Origin: Octopus sinensis
Taxonomy: Eukaryota
Assembly (NCBI RefSeq): GCF_006345805.1
Contig: NC_043019.1
Location: 2,046,001-2,110,000 of the forward strand
Direction: 5' to 3'
DNA: 64,000 bases
This document shows positions 48,950 through 62,580 of this stretch, one piece after another. Made by a program: the position numbers and the translations under genes. Under the pieces are notes generated by a model that saw nothing but the letters and a program-made list of their open reading frames with translations, was not told the origin of the DNA and ran no database searches. The stretch's first letter is position 1, and each line of letters starts with the position of its first letter.

Positions 48950-49660
48950 TTACTTTGAAGGATGTGTGTGTGTGCGTGTATGTATATGTATCGTGTGTGT
49001 GTGTTTTGTTTGTAGTGTGTGTATGTATGTGTGTGTTCGTGTGTATATGCGTAGAGTTTGGTTGTGTGGCGAATAACTATGCTTTACTTAGTGTATGTGT
49101 GCGCGTGTGCTTGTACGTGCGTATGTGTGTATACATGTATGTATAATTGTGTGCCGTGTGTATGGGATGTATGTGTGGGTTCATTTGTGTGTGTCTGTGT
49201 GTGTATGTATGTGCGTGCGTGTCGTATGTGCGTGTAGTTGTGTGTGCGTGTACGTGTGCGTTTGTATGTGTGTGTGTAAGCGTATATGGATGTATATGCG
49301 TGTATCCGTGGGGTTGTGAGTTTTGGGTGTATGCATTGGTGTGCGTGTGTGCGTGCGTATGTGTGTGCATGTTTATGTGTGCGTATGTGTCTGTGTGTGT
49401 CTGTGCCTATATGTGTATACGTATGTGTATGTGTGTGTGCGCGTGTAGGCATATATTGTGTGTATGTATATGTATCGGTGTGTATGTGAATTTGTGTATG
49501 CGTGTGGGGAGGGGTTGGAGTTGTGTGGGTGTATTTTTGTGTGTGTGCGCGTGTGTATATGTGTGGAAGTATGTGTGCGTATATGTGCATGTATGTTGTA
49601 TGTGTGTGGTGTGTTGGAAGTATGTGTGTGTTCGTGGATACGTGAGTATGTGTGTGTAAT
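48950..49660. repeat. Degenerate (TG)n low-complexity tract
   Basis: Direct reading. Confidence 0.93.
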
Positions 49661-50356
49661 AGTTTCTGTATAAGGATAATAATTTATAAAAACAATAAAA
49701 TAATAAAAAAAGCAATAAATAATATAAAAGACGTAATAGCACGTAAGGAAAGGAAGGAAAAGAAAAAAAAGGAAGGAAGGAAAAAAAAGGAAGGAAGAAA
49801 TAAGAAATAAAAAATGTTGCTTGTTGCGGGAGGTGGAGCGCAGTCACTAAGAGGAGGGGACTGTGTTGAGTCTGTGTTGGGTATTAGTCTGTAAAGTGAA
49901 AATAAAGTGTTTCAACGTGCCGTTCTGATCAATTGCAAAGAAAATATCCTTATTTAAGTCGCTTTACTAGTTATCACCCCTTTAATTTTCATTTACGTTT
50001 TTAATTTTAACCCTAACTGAACAATTACCAAAGTAGATAGATATATGTATGATTGATTGATTCTAGTTTCAGCTCATGAGCTGTGGCCATGCTGGGGCAC
50101 CGCCATTTATATACGTTTTTATTATTATTTTGCAATTTACTTAATCATCGGTATATTATTGTTATTTTAATTTTAATATTTCTTTTATATGTAATTTTCT
50201 AGATGGTGTAATTTAATTGTTCATTTTCAATTGATAAAAGGTTGTTTTTTCTAATTTTTACATATATATATATATTATATTTTATGAAATTTGATTTAGT
50301 ATTTCTAAATTGGATTTTTCCCTGTAAATCAGAATAATGTTCCCTCAAATAATTAT

Positions 50357-50386
<30 letters not shown>

Positions 50387-50387
<1 letters not shown>

Positions 50388-50512
50388 GGGAAAAAAAGTC
50401 AAGATAGAAAATGCTAAAATAATTTTATAAAAAACATTTCAGTACCGGTTTCAGTCATTGAGATATTTTTTATAAGATTATTTTAGCATTTTCTATCTTG
50501 ACTTTTTTCCAT
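50387..50512. repeat. ~50-bp-arm inverted repeat with half a hammerhead motif in the spacer
   Basis: Arms 50387-50437 and 50463-50512; - strand GAAACCGGTA|CTG at 50440-50452. Confidence 0.8.
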
Positions 50513-50545
50513 ATATATCAACTCGTGTGTTCCTTTTCATCCTTA

Positions 50546-50593
<48 letters not shown>

Positions 50594-50924
50594 CTTCTAC
50601 GTATCCACATTTATTTGCATTCATACTGCCATATGCATGCAGTTGAACACCCATATTCGTGTCTTTGTGCGCGCGGGCACGTGGTTTTGCGTGTATGTCG
50701 TTTGGCTGGCATATTGAACATTATGCATAGATGCTTCCTAAAAGCTATAATCTCTAACAAATCATACATAAGTACATACATCCATATACATGTATATACA
50801 TGTGTGTCTGTGTATCTGTGTGTCTATGTGACTGTGTCTTTGTGTGTTTACATATATATATATATATTATATATTATATATATATAATTATATATAATAT
50901 ATATATATATATTATATATATATA

Positions 50925-50962
<38 letters not shown>

Positions 50963-51298
50963 TATTATGTATATATATGATATATATATATAGTATATAT
51001 ATATATAACAATTTATTATGCCCGCATTTCCTAATTCTTTTTTGTTTATTTAATAAGTTCTGTCCCATACATGCAAAAGACAGGTTTCAGCACAGTTTTA
51101 CCTCTGACACGGTATTATTCAATCAGAGTCTCTTAAGAACATGCCATCATTTACAGCTACGCGAACCGATCTGCCAAGTGGTTCATTAATTCCTTTGAAC
51201 ACAGACACAATGCAATTCTAAAAATAGGTTAAATACAACTTTGTATTACAGAAAGCTATAAACATGATCAATGCACGATCAGTTTCTGTCCCTTTCTG

Positions 51299-51344
<46 letters not shown>

Positions 51345-51994
51345 GCTCGCTATGAGTCTCCCTCTCTAGATTTCTTTCTCACTATTATTCAAACATGCAG
51401 AGACACAAGTACGTACCCTGACGCAGCTTTATATATTTACAAAGTATTAATACAAACGGTAGACAAACGGCGGTTATTCGAGCATTTTAGTAGACCCAAC
51501 GGTCGAGCAATATAAAAACAATTGCCACCTATGCAGATATAAAATAAATTACAGCTAGGAAATACCTTGCAGCATATTCATAAAATGAACATTAACCAAA
51601 ACATCATATTTTCTACAAAAAACCCTCCCCCCAAAAAAAACACAAGCTCAAACTCGTAAGCATGGCAACATCTCCAAACACTCAATATGATTTTTTTTGG
51701 GGGGGGGTTCGTTTTGATTTTTTACATTTTTTAGTCTTTGTACTGCGGCCATGCTGGGGCACTGCTTTCAAGTTAAGCAAATGAACTTCAGTATTTATGC
51801 TTGTTTTTTTCTTTGTTATTTTTTATTGCATTTTTATTTTTTTATTTTTTTTTGTCTTCGACTTATTCTATCGATATTTTATGCTGAACTGCAAAATTAC
51901 AGAATTACATTGACGTAAACACATCAACACTGTTTGTTATGCGGTGAAGGGGAAAACAGAAACCGTAGTTGGGAGTAGTAGTCTAAGTGTTTGA

Positions 51995-52577
51995 GGGCAG
52001 GTATCCTCCAGAGGACCATCATAGTTTCCTCGTCTTTACTTCTGAAAATTTTAAGGATCCATCAGTTGAACCTGCATATTATTGTCCCCTTAGTAATATG
52101 TATCTAGAAAGATACATCATTACTCATGCCCAGGTTGCACATTGAAGTTGATTCAGAGATTAATATCCATCCTGGGCCAATGTATCCTGTCTGCATTTCA
52201 TTCAGCTACGTATGCTAGTAGCGCAGGTCTTGGGAATTTTCAGCACTAAACTGCCTGTTATTGTTCCGAGCCCATTTGTATATTGCGTCAAACCCTGCTG
52301 CATGTGGGCATTAACTGTAAGGTTTTCTGAACGCTCTGAGAAACTTGTGTATCGGATGTATAGCTAGCAGGGGTGGCTCTCTGAGCAGCTGAGGATATAT
52401 CTGAGAGGGCAATAGGAATAGCAGTGACCCAAATACAGTGCCCTATAGAACACCGCTCACTATTTGTACCACTGAGCAGTGACCACTGGCCACCGGTGCC
52501 TGAATTCTGTCTTTTAAAAAGTTGTGCAACACCTCTCCAAGTTGTCCGACCATGCCGACATCACGCATCTTGTGACA
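51995..52577 (-). mobile_element. Old LINE RT fragment (CR1 group)
   Basis: NFLKDRIQ..VSGVL*GTVFGSLLF..ASYTSDT corresponds to decayed SGVPQG..YADD. Confidence 0.72.
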
Positions 52578-52964
52578 TATCACACCATATATATATATAC
52601 AGTGAAGGGGGAGGGGAGAGAGATACTGCCGTTTCTTTTTCTCTCTCTCTCTTTGTCATCTTATTAAATAATAATAAGTTTTGTCCACAGCGACCAACGC
52701 CAGTTTTATTAGGTTTTTTTTTTTATTGTACACAAATGTATATATGTTGGGCATGAGAGGGGAGACAACCAGGTGTAAAACCTCAGCATCATAGATCCGT
52801 TAAGCAGCATATCAAGTATATGCTTCAGAGCACTATTCCTTTCGTTACTCATTCGAAGAAACAACATGGTGAGTTATGCCTGAATGATACAACCTTAATG
52901 ACACGATTTACTGCAGACTCTACCCTTGTTGACTATTTTCGTGTTATCAGCAGGGATCTACATG

Positions 52965-53059
52965 CTTGGGCAAGTGTCTTCAGCTATAACCCCGGGCCGA
53001 CCAATGCCTTGTGAGTGGATTTGGTAGACGGAAACTGAAGGAAGCCTGTCGTATATATT

Positions 53060-53091
<32 letters not shown>

Positions 53092-53297
53092 CGTGTTTGT
53101 GTTTGTCCCCCTAGCATTGCTTGACAGCCGATGCTGGTGTGTTTACGTCCCCGTCACTTAGCGGGTTCGGCAAAAGAGACCGATAGAATAAGTACTGGGC
53201 TTACAAAGAATAAGTCCCGGGGTCGATTTGCTCGACTAAAGGCGGTGCTCCAGCATGGCCTCAGTCAAATGACTGAAACAAGTAAAAGAGTAAAGAG
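52965..53297 (+). mobile_element. SINE family B, 5'-truncated
   Basis: Matches other copies; 5' half also at 55963-56127. Confidence 0.85.
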
Positions 53298-53560
53298 TAA
53301 TACCTACATCTGTGCATAGATGTAAGTCACCGAGATTAAGTATGGTACTGTATTACGATAAACTCAACAATTAAAAAAAAATATATATATATATCGACCT
53401 TTGTCTTTCCCTTGGATAACACTGGTTGCGTGGAGAGGGGAGGCTGGTATGCATGGGCGACTGCTGGTCTTCCATAAACAACCTCGCCCGGACTTGTGTC
53501 TAGGAGGGTAACTTTCTAGGTGCAATCCCATGGTCTGTGTCGTGACCGAAGGGGGTCTCC

Positions 53561-53597
<37 letters not shown>

Positions 53598-54656
53598 GTA
53601 TATGGGTATATATATATATCATGCGTTAGTTTGACATAAACTTTGATTTATTAAATAAGTTTCTCCTTTTAAAATGTTTCTAATATTAAAAGTTTTGAAA
53701 TCTTGCGGAATAAGTATTCTGTAACGAAGGGAATATTTTCCTCGTAACAAATGTGAAATGACGTGTTTGTTTTGTTGGGGTTTTTTTTTTTTCTAGAATG
53801 TATTCATTACTATCTGTTAGGATCTATAAATTAATCTGCTTCTCTTCTGTCATTCATAGCTCGACAGATCTGTAGCGACCCTCTTGTGATTTGTTATCTA
53901 CGTAATGACTTTTAAATGTCAGTTAATTTGCTCCAAACTTTGATAGACAGAAATCTCGTCACAGCAATTAAACGATCCCTTCGGTATAGTTTTTTTTACG
54001 CTAAAGATGAAACAACTTAACACTTCTAACTATTATCTTGTTATTTCGTTATTTTCGTATTTATTCCCCCTCTCCCGCCCGTGATTAATAGTAAGCAGTG
54101 CATTATTGCTTTGAGCAAGCAATGGATGCAGGGTTACAATATGTAGACTATGATTTGATCTGATTATGTTTTTTTTTTTCGTTGTTACCTACGCTAAATA
54201 AAATAGGTAAATCATTTCTGCTTGTATTCTGAAAGCCGTTTCTTGCCTACAGCGAAATGTTTTGAATAATTAAATTGCTTAAACTCTTCCTAAATTTCTA
54301 TGCGAACAATTATATATCTTTAAAATTTATATATTTAATTCAAAGACGTTTTCCTTGGAGCAACATACTTCATAATTTATTTAATCACTGAAACATCAAG
54401 ATTGGTTGTGTTTACTGGTATCTGTTTCTATATGTGGAAGAAGTGAACACAGTAGCACCCAACATGGCTGTCCTTTTAAGCAATCATTTGTCAGTCACGC
54501 AAAAATATCGCAAGCTTTTAAGTGCTGACATCGTTAAGATTAGTAAGTTAGATAACTCTAAGGCGATGCAGTATAGATTCAGTATAACGATCACTAATGG
54601 AAATGAAAGGAAATATACGGGAATTACTGACAATAATTTTTAAAACATGCATTTTA

Positions 54657-54797
54657 TAAGGTTGTCCCAAAAGTTCGTAGAAAGTCTTGGAAAATAATGG
54701 TCTTTATTTTGAGGAATCATTTTTGTTGCTTTTGTTAGTACTTGGCGAGTAAAAATTCAATTTTCGCAAGTGTTTACGAACTTTTGGGACAACCTAA
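54657..54797. mobile_element. Mariner-type MITE (141 bp)
   Basis: TIR AGGTTGTCCCAAAAGTTCGTA / TACGAACTTTTGGGACAACCT with TA flanks. Confidence 0.85.
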
Positions 54798-56126
54798 TAC
54801 ATAGAGGGAGACAGAGCTAATTCCACCACTTAATTACGATATATCTGTAAATAAATGAACAAAGGAAACGAAAAATGTTACCATAATTTGTAATATCATG
54901 AAACAGTAATCCGATTCAACAACCGAGTCAAGTGGAGGTGCAATGTCCCAGTGGTAAGGGCAGCGGACTCGCGGTCGGAGGATCGCGGTTTCGATTCCCA
55001 AACCGGGCGTTGTGTGTGTGTTTATTGAGCGAAAACACCTAAAGCTCCACGAGGCTCCGGCAGGGGGATGGGGTGGCGACCCCTGTTGTACTCTTTCGCT
55101 CCAGCTTTCTCTCACTCTTTCTTCCTGTTCCTTGTCCCCGACTTCCTACGCAACCGCTGAGCCTGGATGCGCATTCATCCATCCGTAATTGCTTTCGGTG
55201 TCGGGGGTTGACCTGCTTTCTCTTCTGCAGGTCTTACGAATAGCAAAGGACCACGTTTCGGACTTCTCCCACGACAGACAATCCTGAGGCGCGGTCTTGC
55301 GAGCTCTGGGAGGAAGACCGCTTCGCTCAACAAACAAACAAACAACAGAGTCAGAAGTATGATTTATGCTTATTTTAGAGATTTTATATACTTTCATCAC
55401 TATCGGAATTGCAGAATTGAAATTCCGAACTAACATTTCATTGTCATAAACAGAAGTCGTGTTTGTTACTTTCCAACTCATACAGACTAATTGTTTTTTG
55501 TTTTGCTTTTGTTTTTGTTTTTTTTTGTTCGTTTTTTGTTTTGTTTTTTTGTTATACTTAACGCTAACTGCAACTCTGTCATAGGATGTGTATGTTGCCA
55601 AGTCACACAGAGTTATCATATCATAACAACAACTCCCGACAGTGTATGTAGTAGCGTGCCAGGGTCCGCTTTTGAACAGTAGAAGATATATCTAAACATT
55701 CGTGATACACCTCCTCAAGCTCACATGATCACCACACTTCCATTCGTCTTTTAATTATCTGAAACATGATAGATAGCGAGAGCATATGACTAGTGATAGA
55801 GAAAATTATTGATTTGTTCCACTAAACTACGCTAGATGTACAGAACTCTTTCTCTTGCATGAAGTCCCAAACATGAATGTGAGTGTGTGTATGTGTGTGT
55901 GTGGAGGGGTTATTTTGAGGGCTGCTTTATGACAGAAATATATATAAATATTTAACATAGATACAGGAGTGGTTGTGTGGTGTGTAGATTACTTACCGAC
56001 CACATGGTTCCGGGTGCAGTACCACTGCATGACATATTGAGCAGGTGTCTTCCACTATATCTATCCCCGGGCCGACCAAAGCCTTGTGAGTGGATTTGGT
56101 AGGCGGAAACTGAAAGAAATCAGTCG

Positions 56127-56158
<32 letters not shown>

Positions 56159-56171
56159 ATATATATATAAC

Positions 56172-56666
56172 ACAACTAATGTAGGATAAAATTTTTTTGG
56201 AAAAAAATTTTTTATCAATGGCCAGCATATTAAAAAATACCCTTAAAGGTTAAATTTATAAATAACTTACAAAATAAGAGCAAAAGAAAAATTCTAATGC
56301 CAAATATGCCGAAAATAGACAAAATTGTCAATAACCATTATAATTTATGCGTCTCGAAACAATACGAAAGAAATTTCTAAAAAATTCCGTTATTACCGTA
56401 TTGGTCCCAATTTCAGAGTTAATTCATAAGAATTTTCCCCTTCTCAGCGATAAATACGTAAGACATAAATGAAATACTTACTCATACCCATGGAAAAAGC
56501 AAGCACTAAGTCCTGCGCAGACCTAAGTACCCTAAATATATCCAAAATAGAAAATCTTCAGCACATTTCGAGGCACGTGTGATTCGAACTAGAAACTTTC
56601 ACAGAGTGAGAGAGTCCGGAAGTGAACACTATTAAATTTACAACTAATGTAGGATAAAAAATTTTT
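56172..56666 (-). mobile_element. One 468-bp monomer with terminal direct repeat and a hammerhead variant (56393-56453)
   Basis: ACAACTAATGTAGGATAAAA at 56172 and 56640; - strand TTATCG-CTGAGAA-helix II-GAAA-TTGGGACCAA-TA|CGGTAA. Confidence 0.62.
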
Positions 56667-56718
56667 CGAAAATGAATAAACAGACAGACAGACAGACTAA
56701 CTTACAAACATCAGAGAC

Positions 56719-56838
<120 letters not shown>

Positions 56839-57490
56839 TGATAGATAGGTAGGTACGTACGTACGTATGTATGTACGTAGGCAGGTAGGTAGTAAGAGAG
56901 ATAGATAGATACATACATACACACACATGTGCATGTATGCATGCATACATACATGTATGAATGCATCATACATACACGCATGCATGCATACATGCATGCA
57001 TATATGAATGCATGCATACATGCATGCATATATGAATGCATGCAAAATACATACAGCAGCACCGTCACCATTATATTTGTAATGAATGGAAACATTAGAA
57101 GAAAGCCATTATTTAACTTTTGAGTAATTAAAACACACATCCAAACAAATAAACACACAGAGAACACACACATACACACACACGAAATCCATTCTCTAAA
57201 AAAATATAAATCTTTCGAGAATGACAAAATAAACTAGCAGTACTCTCAAAGAATTGAATTTTTATTTATTTTTTTTTTTCTTTGCCTTGTTTTTACTTAA
57301 AAGCAGATGTCTCCACATTTTCACGATTCTATGCTTTTATTGTTTGCATTTACAAATATATTTTTTATGATAAAATGTAATAAAATGTAATTCAATGTTG
57401 TTATATATATGTATATATTATTTATAGCGAATTCTGTAGCTTTCAACTTTGCTTCATCACTATGTACGCTTTGTGTTATATTGATATATA

Positions 57491-57521
<31 letters not shown>

Positions 57522-57729
57522 ATATATATATACACACATTATATATATATATTTAGATTTAGATATATATATAATATTTAGATTTATATAATTTATATAT
57601 ATATATACATATATATTATACATATATATATTTATTATATATATCTATATAATATATATTATATATATTATATATATATATATATAATATATATATATAT
57701 AATATATATATATATATGTATGTAATATG

Positions 57730-57775
<46 letters not shown>

Positions 57776-58482
57776 ATATACATACATATGATATTATTTA
57801 TTTACTTATTTTAAGATTCGACTAAATGAAAATTACTTCTGTATACGGAAGTCTCGAGTGACGTAATAGTAGAGACGCGCATGTCATATGATTCTAATGT
57901 TTTGCGTCGCTCATGCACTTGAGAATATCGTGAAATTCACCATTTTTGTTTCTATTTCTATTGAAAGTTTAAAGACTGCCATGCAACTTCTCTCTAAGCA
58001 AACAAAGTCCTAGCGAGTTGTGCAATTTATGAGATGTCAGCATTAGGTTAACACCCAGCTTTAGAATAAGAGTGATGTGATTAAAATCTGAACAAGAATC
58101 ACGCACGTACACACATACGCGCATATGCACACCCACGCACACGCACACACACACACGCACGTACACGCATATTCATACGCACTCTTTCTCTCTCTCGCTC
58201 TTACTCTCTCTCTCGCCTTTTCTATCTCTAGTCACTTCTCTCTCTTTCTCGCCTCTTCTTTCTCGCCTCTTCTTTCTCTCCTCTTTTCTCTCTCTCACCT
58301 CTTCTCTATCTCGTCTTCTCTTTTACACCTCTTCTCTGCCTCTCCCCTTTGCTCCCTCTCCCTCTCTTCATATATATATATATATAAAGGGAGAGTTTAC
58401 GAAAATAAACAAAAGACGAAGGCAGGTGGAGTACAAACAAAGAAATGTATTAGTATAGCGCTCAGGAATATATATATCTATC

Positions 58483-58558
<76 letters not shown>

Positions 58559-58660
58559 TATAATACTTATCTACATACAGACTTATCGCTCTGTCTCTCT
58601 CTCTGTACATAAGAGTGTCTTTCTCTATATATATATATATGTATATATATATGTGTGTGT

Positions 58661-58692
<32 letters not shown>

Positions 58693-59187
58693 GTGTGTGT
58701 GTACAGACATACACACATACATATACATATAGATAGACAGACGGACACACAGAACAGCAACGAGAGAGAGAGGAACAGCGCGAAAAAGAGGAAGGAATAT
58801 CACGGTAGCTAAAATATTTGAGAGAAAGTGAGTGGAACTGGTTAATTAACTAAAATTTCGCCGATACTAATTAAAAAACCCATTACATACAGTAATGAAA
58901 AATGATGGTGAAGTAAAAAGCGGGGATTGCTTCAGAATTCACAATGCTCACATGTAGAATGTAATTAAGCAGCGAATATACTCTTTGCTGTTCGAGGACA
59001 ATTTAGGCATGGTTTGATGTGATTAAAATTCGTCACTAGAGAGTAGTGAAATTCTATTATAAACATACGTGTGGGGTGGGGGATTCGAGCCAAAATGCTG
59101 GGTGACATTTCGTTCGTCTTTATGTTCTGAGTTCAAATGCCGTCAAGGTCGACCTTCCTTTTACCTTTACAGGGTTGAACAGAATAA

Positions 59188-59420
59188 GTACCTATTTCTT
59201 TATTACCCACAAGGGGCTAAACATAGAGGAGACAAACATGGACAGACATAGGTATTAAGTCGATTATATCGACCCCGAAAGGATGAAAGGCAAAGTCGAC
59301 CTCGGCGGAATTTGAACTCACAACGTAACGGCAGCCGAAATACCGCTAAGCATTTCGCCCGACGTGCTAACGATTCTGCTAGCTCGCCGCAGAATAAGTA
59401 CCAGTTGCACACTGGGGTCG
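59188..59420 (-). mobile_element. SINE family A, rearranged
   Basis: The AAGTACCAG..CACTGGGGTCGA segment is missing internally and reappears after the head. Confidence 0.75.
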
Positions 59421-59439
59421 AAGGAAATGATTTATCCCG

Positions 59440-60128
59440 TGCCATCGAATTTGCTGACCTTGTGCCATTAACTTTTAACATCCTAGCCCACCGCTGCTGT
59501 TTACAGCAGTGCTTGGATGGAATGTGTGTAGCGTGTGAGCGTCGCATTGAGCATGACAGAGAAAGATGAGCAGAGAATCTGCATGAAATTTTGCCAAAAG
59601 CTTGGCGTTACCTGCTCAGATGTCTACGCAAAGATTTCAAAACGTTTTCATCGTTTTCGACACAATTAAGAAGGTCTTGTGCAACTGAAAAATCCGAGTG
59701 TCTTTCTGGTGAGCTGAAAGCAGTTTTCCCACAAACGTTGCAGAGATAATGAACTGAACTAAACCGTAACTAATCTGCACATCATCTGATAACTCACGGA
59801 TGGTGACTCGACGACTTACCTTCACAGCTGCGATGTCTTTTCTCAGTTCTGTTTGTTACGTGACTCCCTGAACCTTCGTTAATATCGTCATTTAGCCTCT
59901 GAACCGCTATCACCATGGCAACTTCCTCTGTCATAGTCAATGCGACGATCACGCGCTACACACCTTCCTCCGAAGCATTGCTGTAAACAGCGGAAGTGAG
60001 CTAGAACACTCAATCCTAGTGCGCATACACAGCAGACTTCAAGGTTAATCTGTGTCAAGAATCTTCACTGTGTGTGCTTTAGCTTTGTTTCTATAGTAAC
60101 AATCTGTATACTTATTGGTCAGACCTCG
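59440..60128. mobile_element. Mariner derivative made of two converging 5' ends
   Basis: + frame MTEKDEQRICMKFCQKLG (59555); - frame RRVTIRELSDDVQISYG; shared 5' UTR inverted (59476-59563 / 59925-60005); TIR CGAGGTCTGACCAATAAGTAT ends at 60128. Confidence 0.72.
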
Positions 60129-60139
60129 TGTGGATATAG

Positions 60140-60185
<46 letters not shown>

Positions 60186-60219
60186 GTAAATGTAATATGT
60201 GACAATTATTTGGTAGCCA

Positions 60220-60282
60220 TGATCAAACTCCGAGTTTCCGATGCCGAGGTGGAAATCCACGCCGCCATCTCTTCAGTTATCT
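60220..60282 (-). ncRNA. Hammerhead motif of the 11.5-kb family with canonical CUGAAGA core
   Basis: AGATAA-CTGAAGA-GATG..CATC-G-GAAA-CTCGGAG-TT|TGATCA; helix I partly mismatched. Confidence 0.6.
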
Positions 60283-60360
60283 GGCCATCGGAAAAAATCT
60301 ATTTACATAATATCGAGGTCTCTTTCATTCTTTTGTTGTCTTACCATTTTCATCAATATA

Positions 60361-60396
<36 letters not shown>

Positions 60397-60504
60397 TGTA
60401 TGTATGTATGTATGTATGTATGTATGTATGTATGTACGTACGTATGTATGTATGTACGTATATATATATATGTATGTATGTATGTATGTATATGCATATA
60501 TGTC

Positions 60505-60725
60505 GAGCTGGCAGACACGTTAGCGCGCCGGGCGGAATGCTTAGCGGTATTTTGTCTGTCGTTACGTTCTGAGTTCAAATTCCGTCGAGGTCGACTTTGC
60601 CTTTCATCCTTTCGGGGTCGATAGATAAAAGTACCACTTTCGCACTGGGGTCGATGTAATCGACTTAATCCCTTTGTCTGTCCTTGTTCGTCCTCTCTAT
60701 ATTTAGCCCCTTGTGGGCAATAAAG
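60505..60725 (+). mobile_element. SINE family A
   Basis: Full head and body. Confidence 0.87.
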
Positions 60726-60759
<34 letters not shown>

Positions 60760-61724
60760 ATATATATACGTATGTATGTATGTATGTATGTATGTATATA
60801 TGTATGTATGTATGTATACATCTGTGTGTAATGGTGTAAGCATATTAACAGTGTGAGATTAAACGAGGTTCTAGCAGTTTGCGAACAGATTCCTCAATTC
60901 TGTAATCTGTTCCCACTGTGGCAACTAACTGACTATAAACATACTAAGAAAAAAGCTAACATTAATCTCTTTCCTTAGAAATCTCCAACACAACACCGAG
61001 ATGTTATTCCTTTTGCTCGTACAATACCATTTTGCTGAGAAGCCTTTGTAGTACATTAAACTGTCTATTTATTATTATTTTGTTTTTTCAACCCATCATT
61101 CTATTATTTTATTGCTAGGAATTCATTTATTTAGCATGCCTAAAGCAGGAAACTTCGATTAAAAGTGAGAAAGGTTTTTACATAGAACTATAGAACTACT
61201 TTATTTTCCCTTCTGTTAACTTTGGTCTTTCATTAATTTTCCTTGAAGTGTGTATATGGCATGAACTTACTTTTGCGTCCATGTCATATAAAGAGCTAGC
61301 AAGATGTCGTAAACTTTCTGGGAATAATTCCAAGAATTGATTTGAGGTAACAAGATAAAAGGAAACGCTTGACAACATCAACGAGTGATAAAATTTCAAA
61401 GCAAAAATTAATTGAACATTAGCTTTAACGTGAAAGTGTTATGAAGATCCTAAGATTATGTATGATGAAAGAATTGCTCTTCCAGAGTATTGAACAATAA
61501 AGAGCAGCCTGAGATGTTCGAGAAAATTATGATGGGTTGCTCGTTATCAAGAAGAAACTTGACGGTGGTCATTGCACAGCTTTTGGGTCCATACGCATTA
61601 AAAAATAATTCACGTTTCAGAGCAATGGAAAAAGAAGTCGAGCCGTTTGAGAATGCATAAGGGACAGACAGACAGACGACAGACAGACAGACATCTTAAG
61701 AATATATATATTATATATATATAT

Positions 61725-62125
61725 AGGCGCAGGAGTGGCTGTGTGGTAAGTAGCTTGCTTACCACCACACATGGTTCCAGGTTCAGTCCCACTGCGTGGC
61801 ATCTTGGGCAAGTGTCTTCTGCTATAGCCCCGGGCCGACCAATGTCTTGTGAGTGGATTTGGTAGACGGAAATGAAAGAAGCCTGTCGTATATATGTATA
61901 TATGTGTAGGTGTGTGTGTGTGGGTATGTGTTTGTGTTTGTCCCCCTGGCATTGCTTGACAACCGATGCTGGTTGTTTTTACGTCCCCGTCACTTAGCGG
62001 TTCGGCAAAAAGAACCGATAGAATAAGTACTTGCTTACAAAGAATAAGTCCCGGGGTCGATTTGCTCGACTAAAGGCGGTGCTCCAGCATGGCCGCAGTC
62101 AAAATGACTGAAACAAGTAAAAAGA
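61725..62125 (+). mobile_element. SINE family B, full length
   Basis: Head to AAAAGAG tail; preceded by a Helitron-like 5' fragment on - (61620-61705). Confidence 0.88.
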
Positions 62126-62299
62126 GAAAAAAAATGAGATATATATATAAACTACAGTTTCAATATATAACAAAAATAAACAGGTCATTTTTAAATACAG
62201 AGGATCTGATTGAATTTAAAATTAAAAAGATGGATCAAATATGGGAGTAGGACTCCATATCTACGAGACAGCGAATTAAAAATTAAAAATAGAATATAT

Positions 62300-62580
62300 A
62301 TGAAAATGATGAGAAAAAAATCTAAAATTTACGTTATTATTGACAAAGCTTCATCGGTTTCAGATCTAATAGTTATCATTATTTTCTGGAAGATTGGGAT
62401 AAGAATTTATCACTCACAAATTTTCGCCATTTGGTTGCATAGAAATAATATATATTTCTGTGTTACAGACCCTGTAGTTGGATGAACATCTAGAAAATAA
62501 CCTGAAAGTATTTTGTTCTGACGGAGCAAATGTAATATTTGACAAAAATTCAGGAGTCGATGCTAAACGTCCGAATGAAC
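62300..62580 (+). mobile_element. Decayed hAT transposase fragment
   Basis: KIYVIIDKASSVS (cf. SIIIDESTDVS) and LKVFCSDGANVIFDKNSGV (cf. FCSDGASVMLGKKSGV). Confidence 0.55.
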
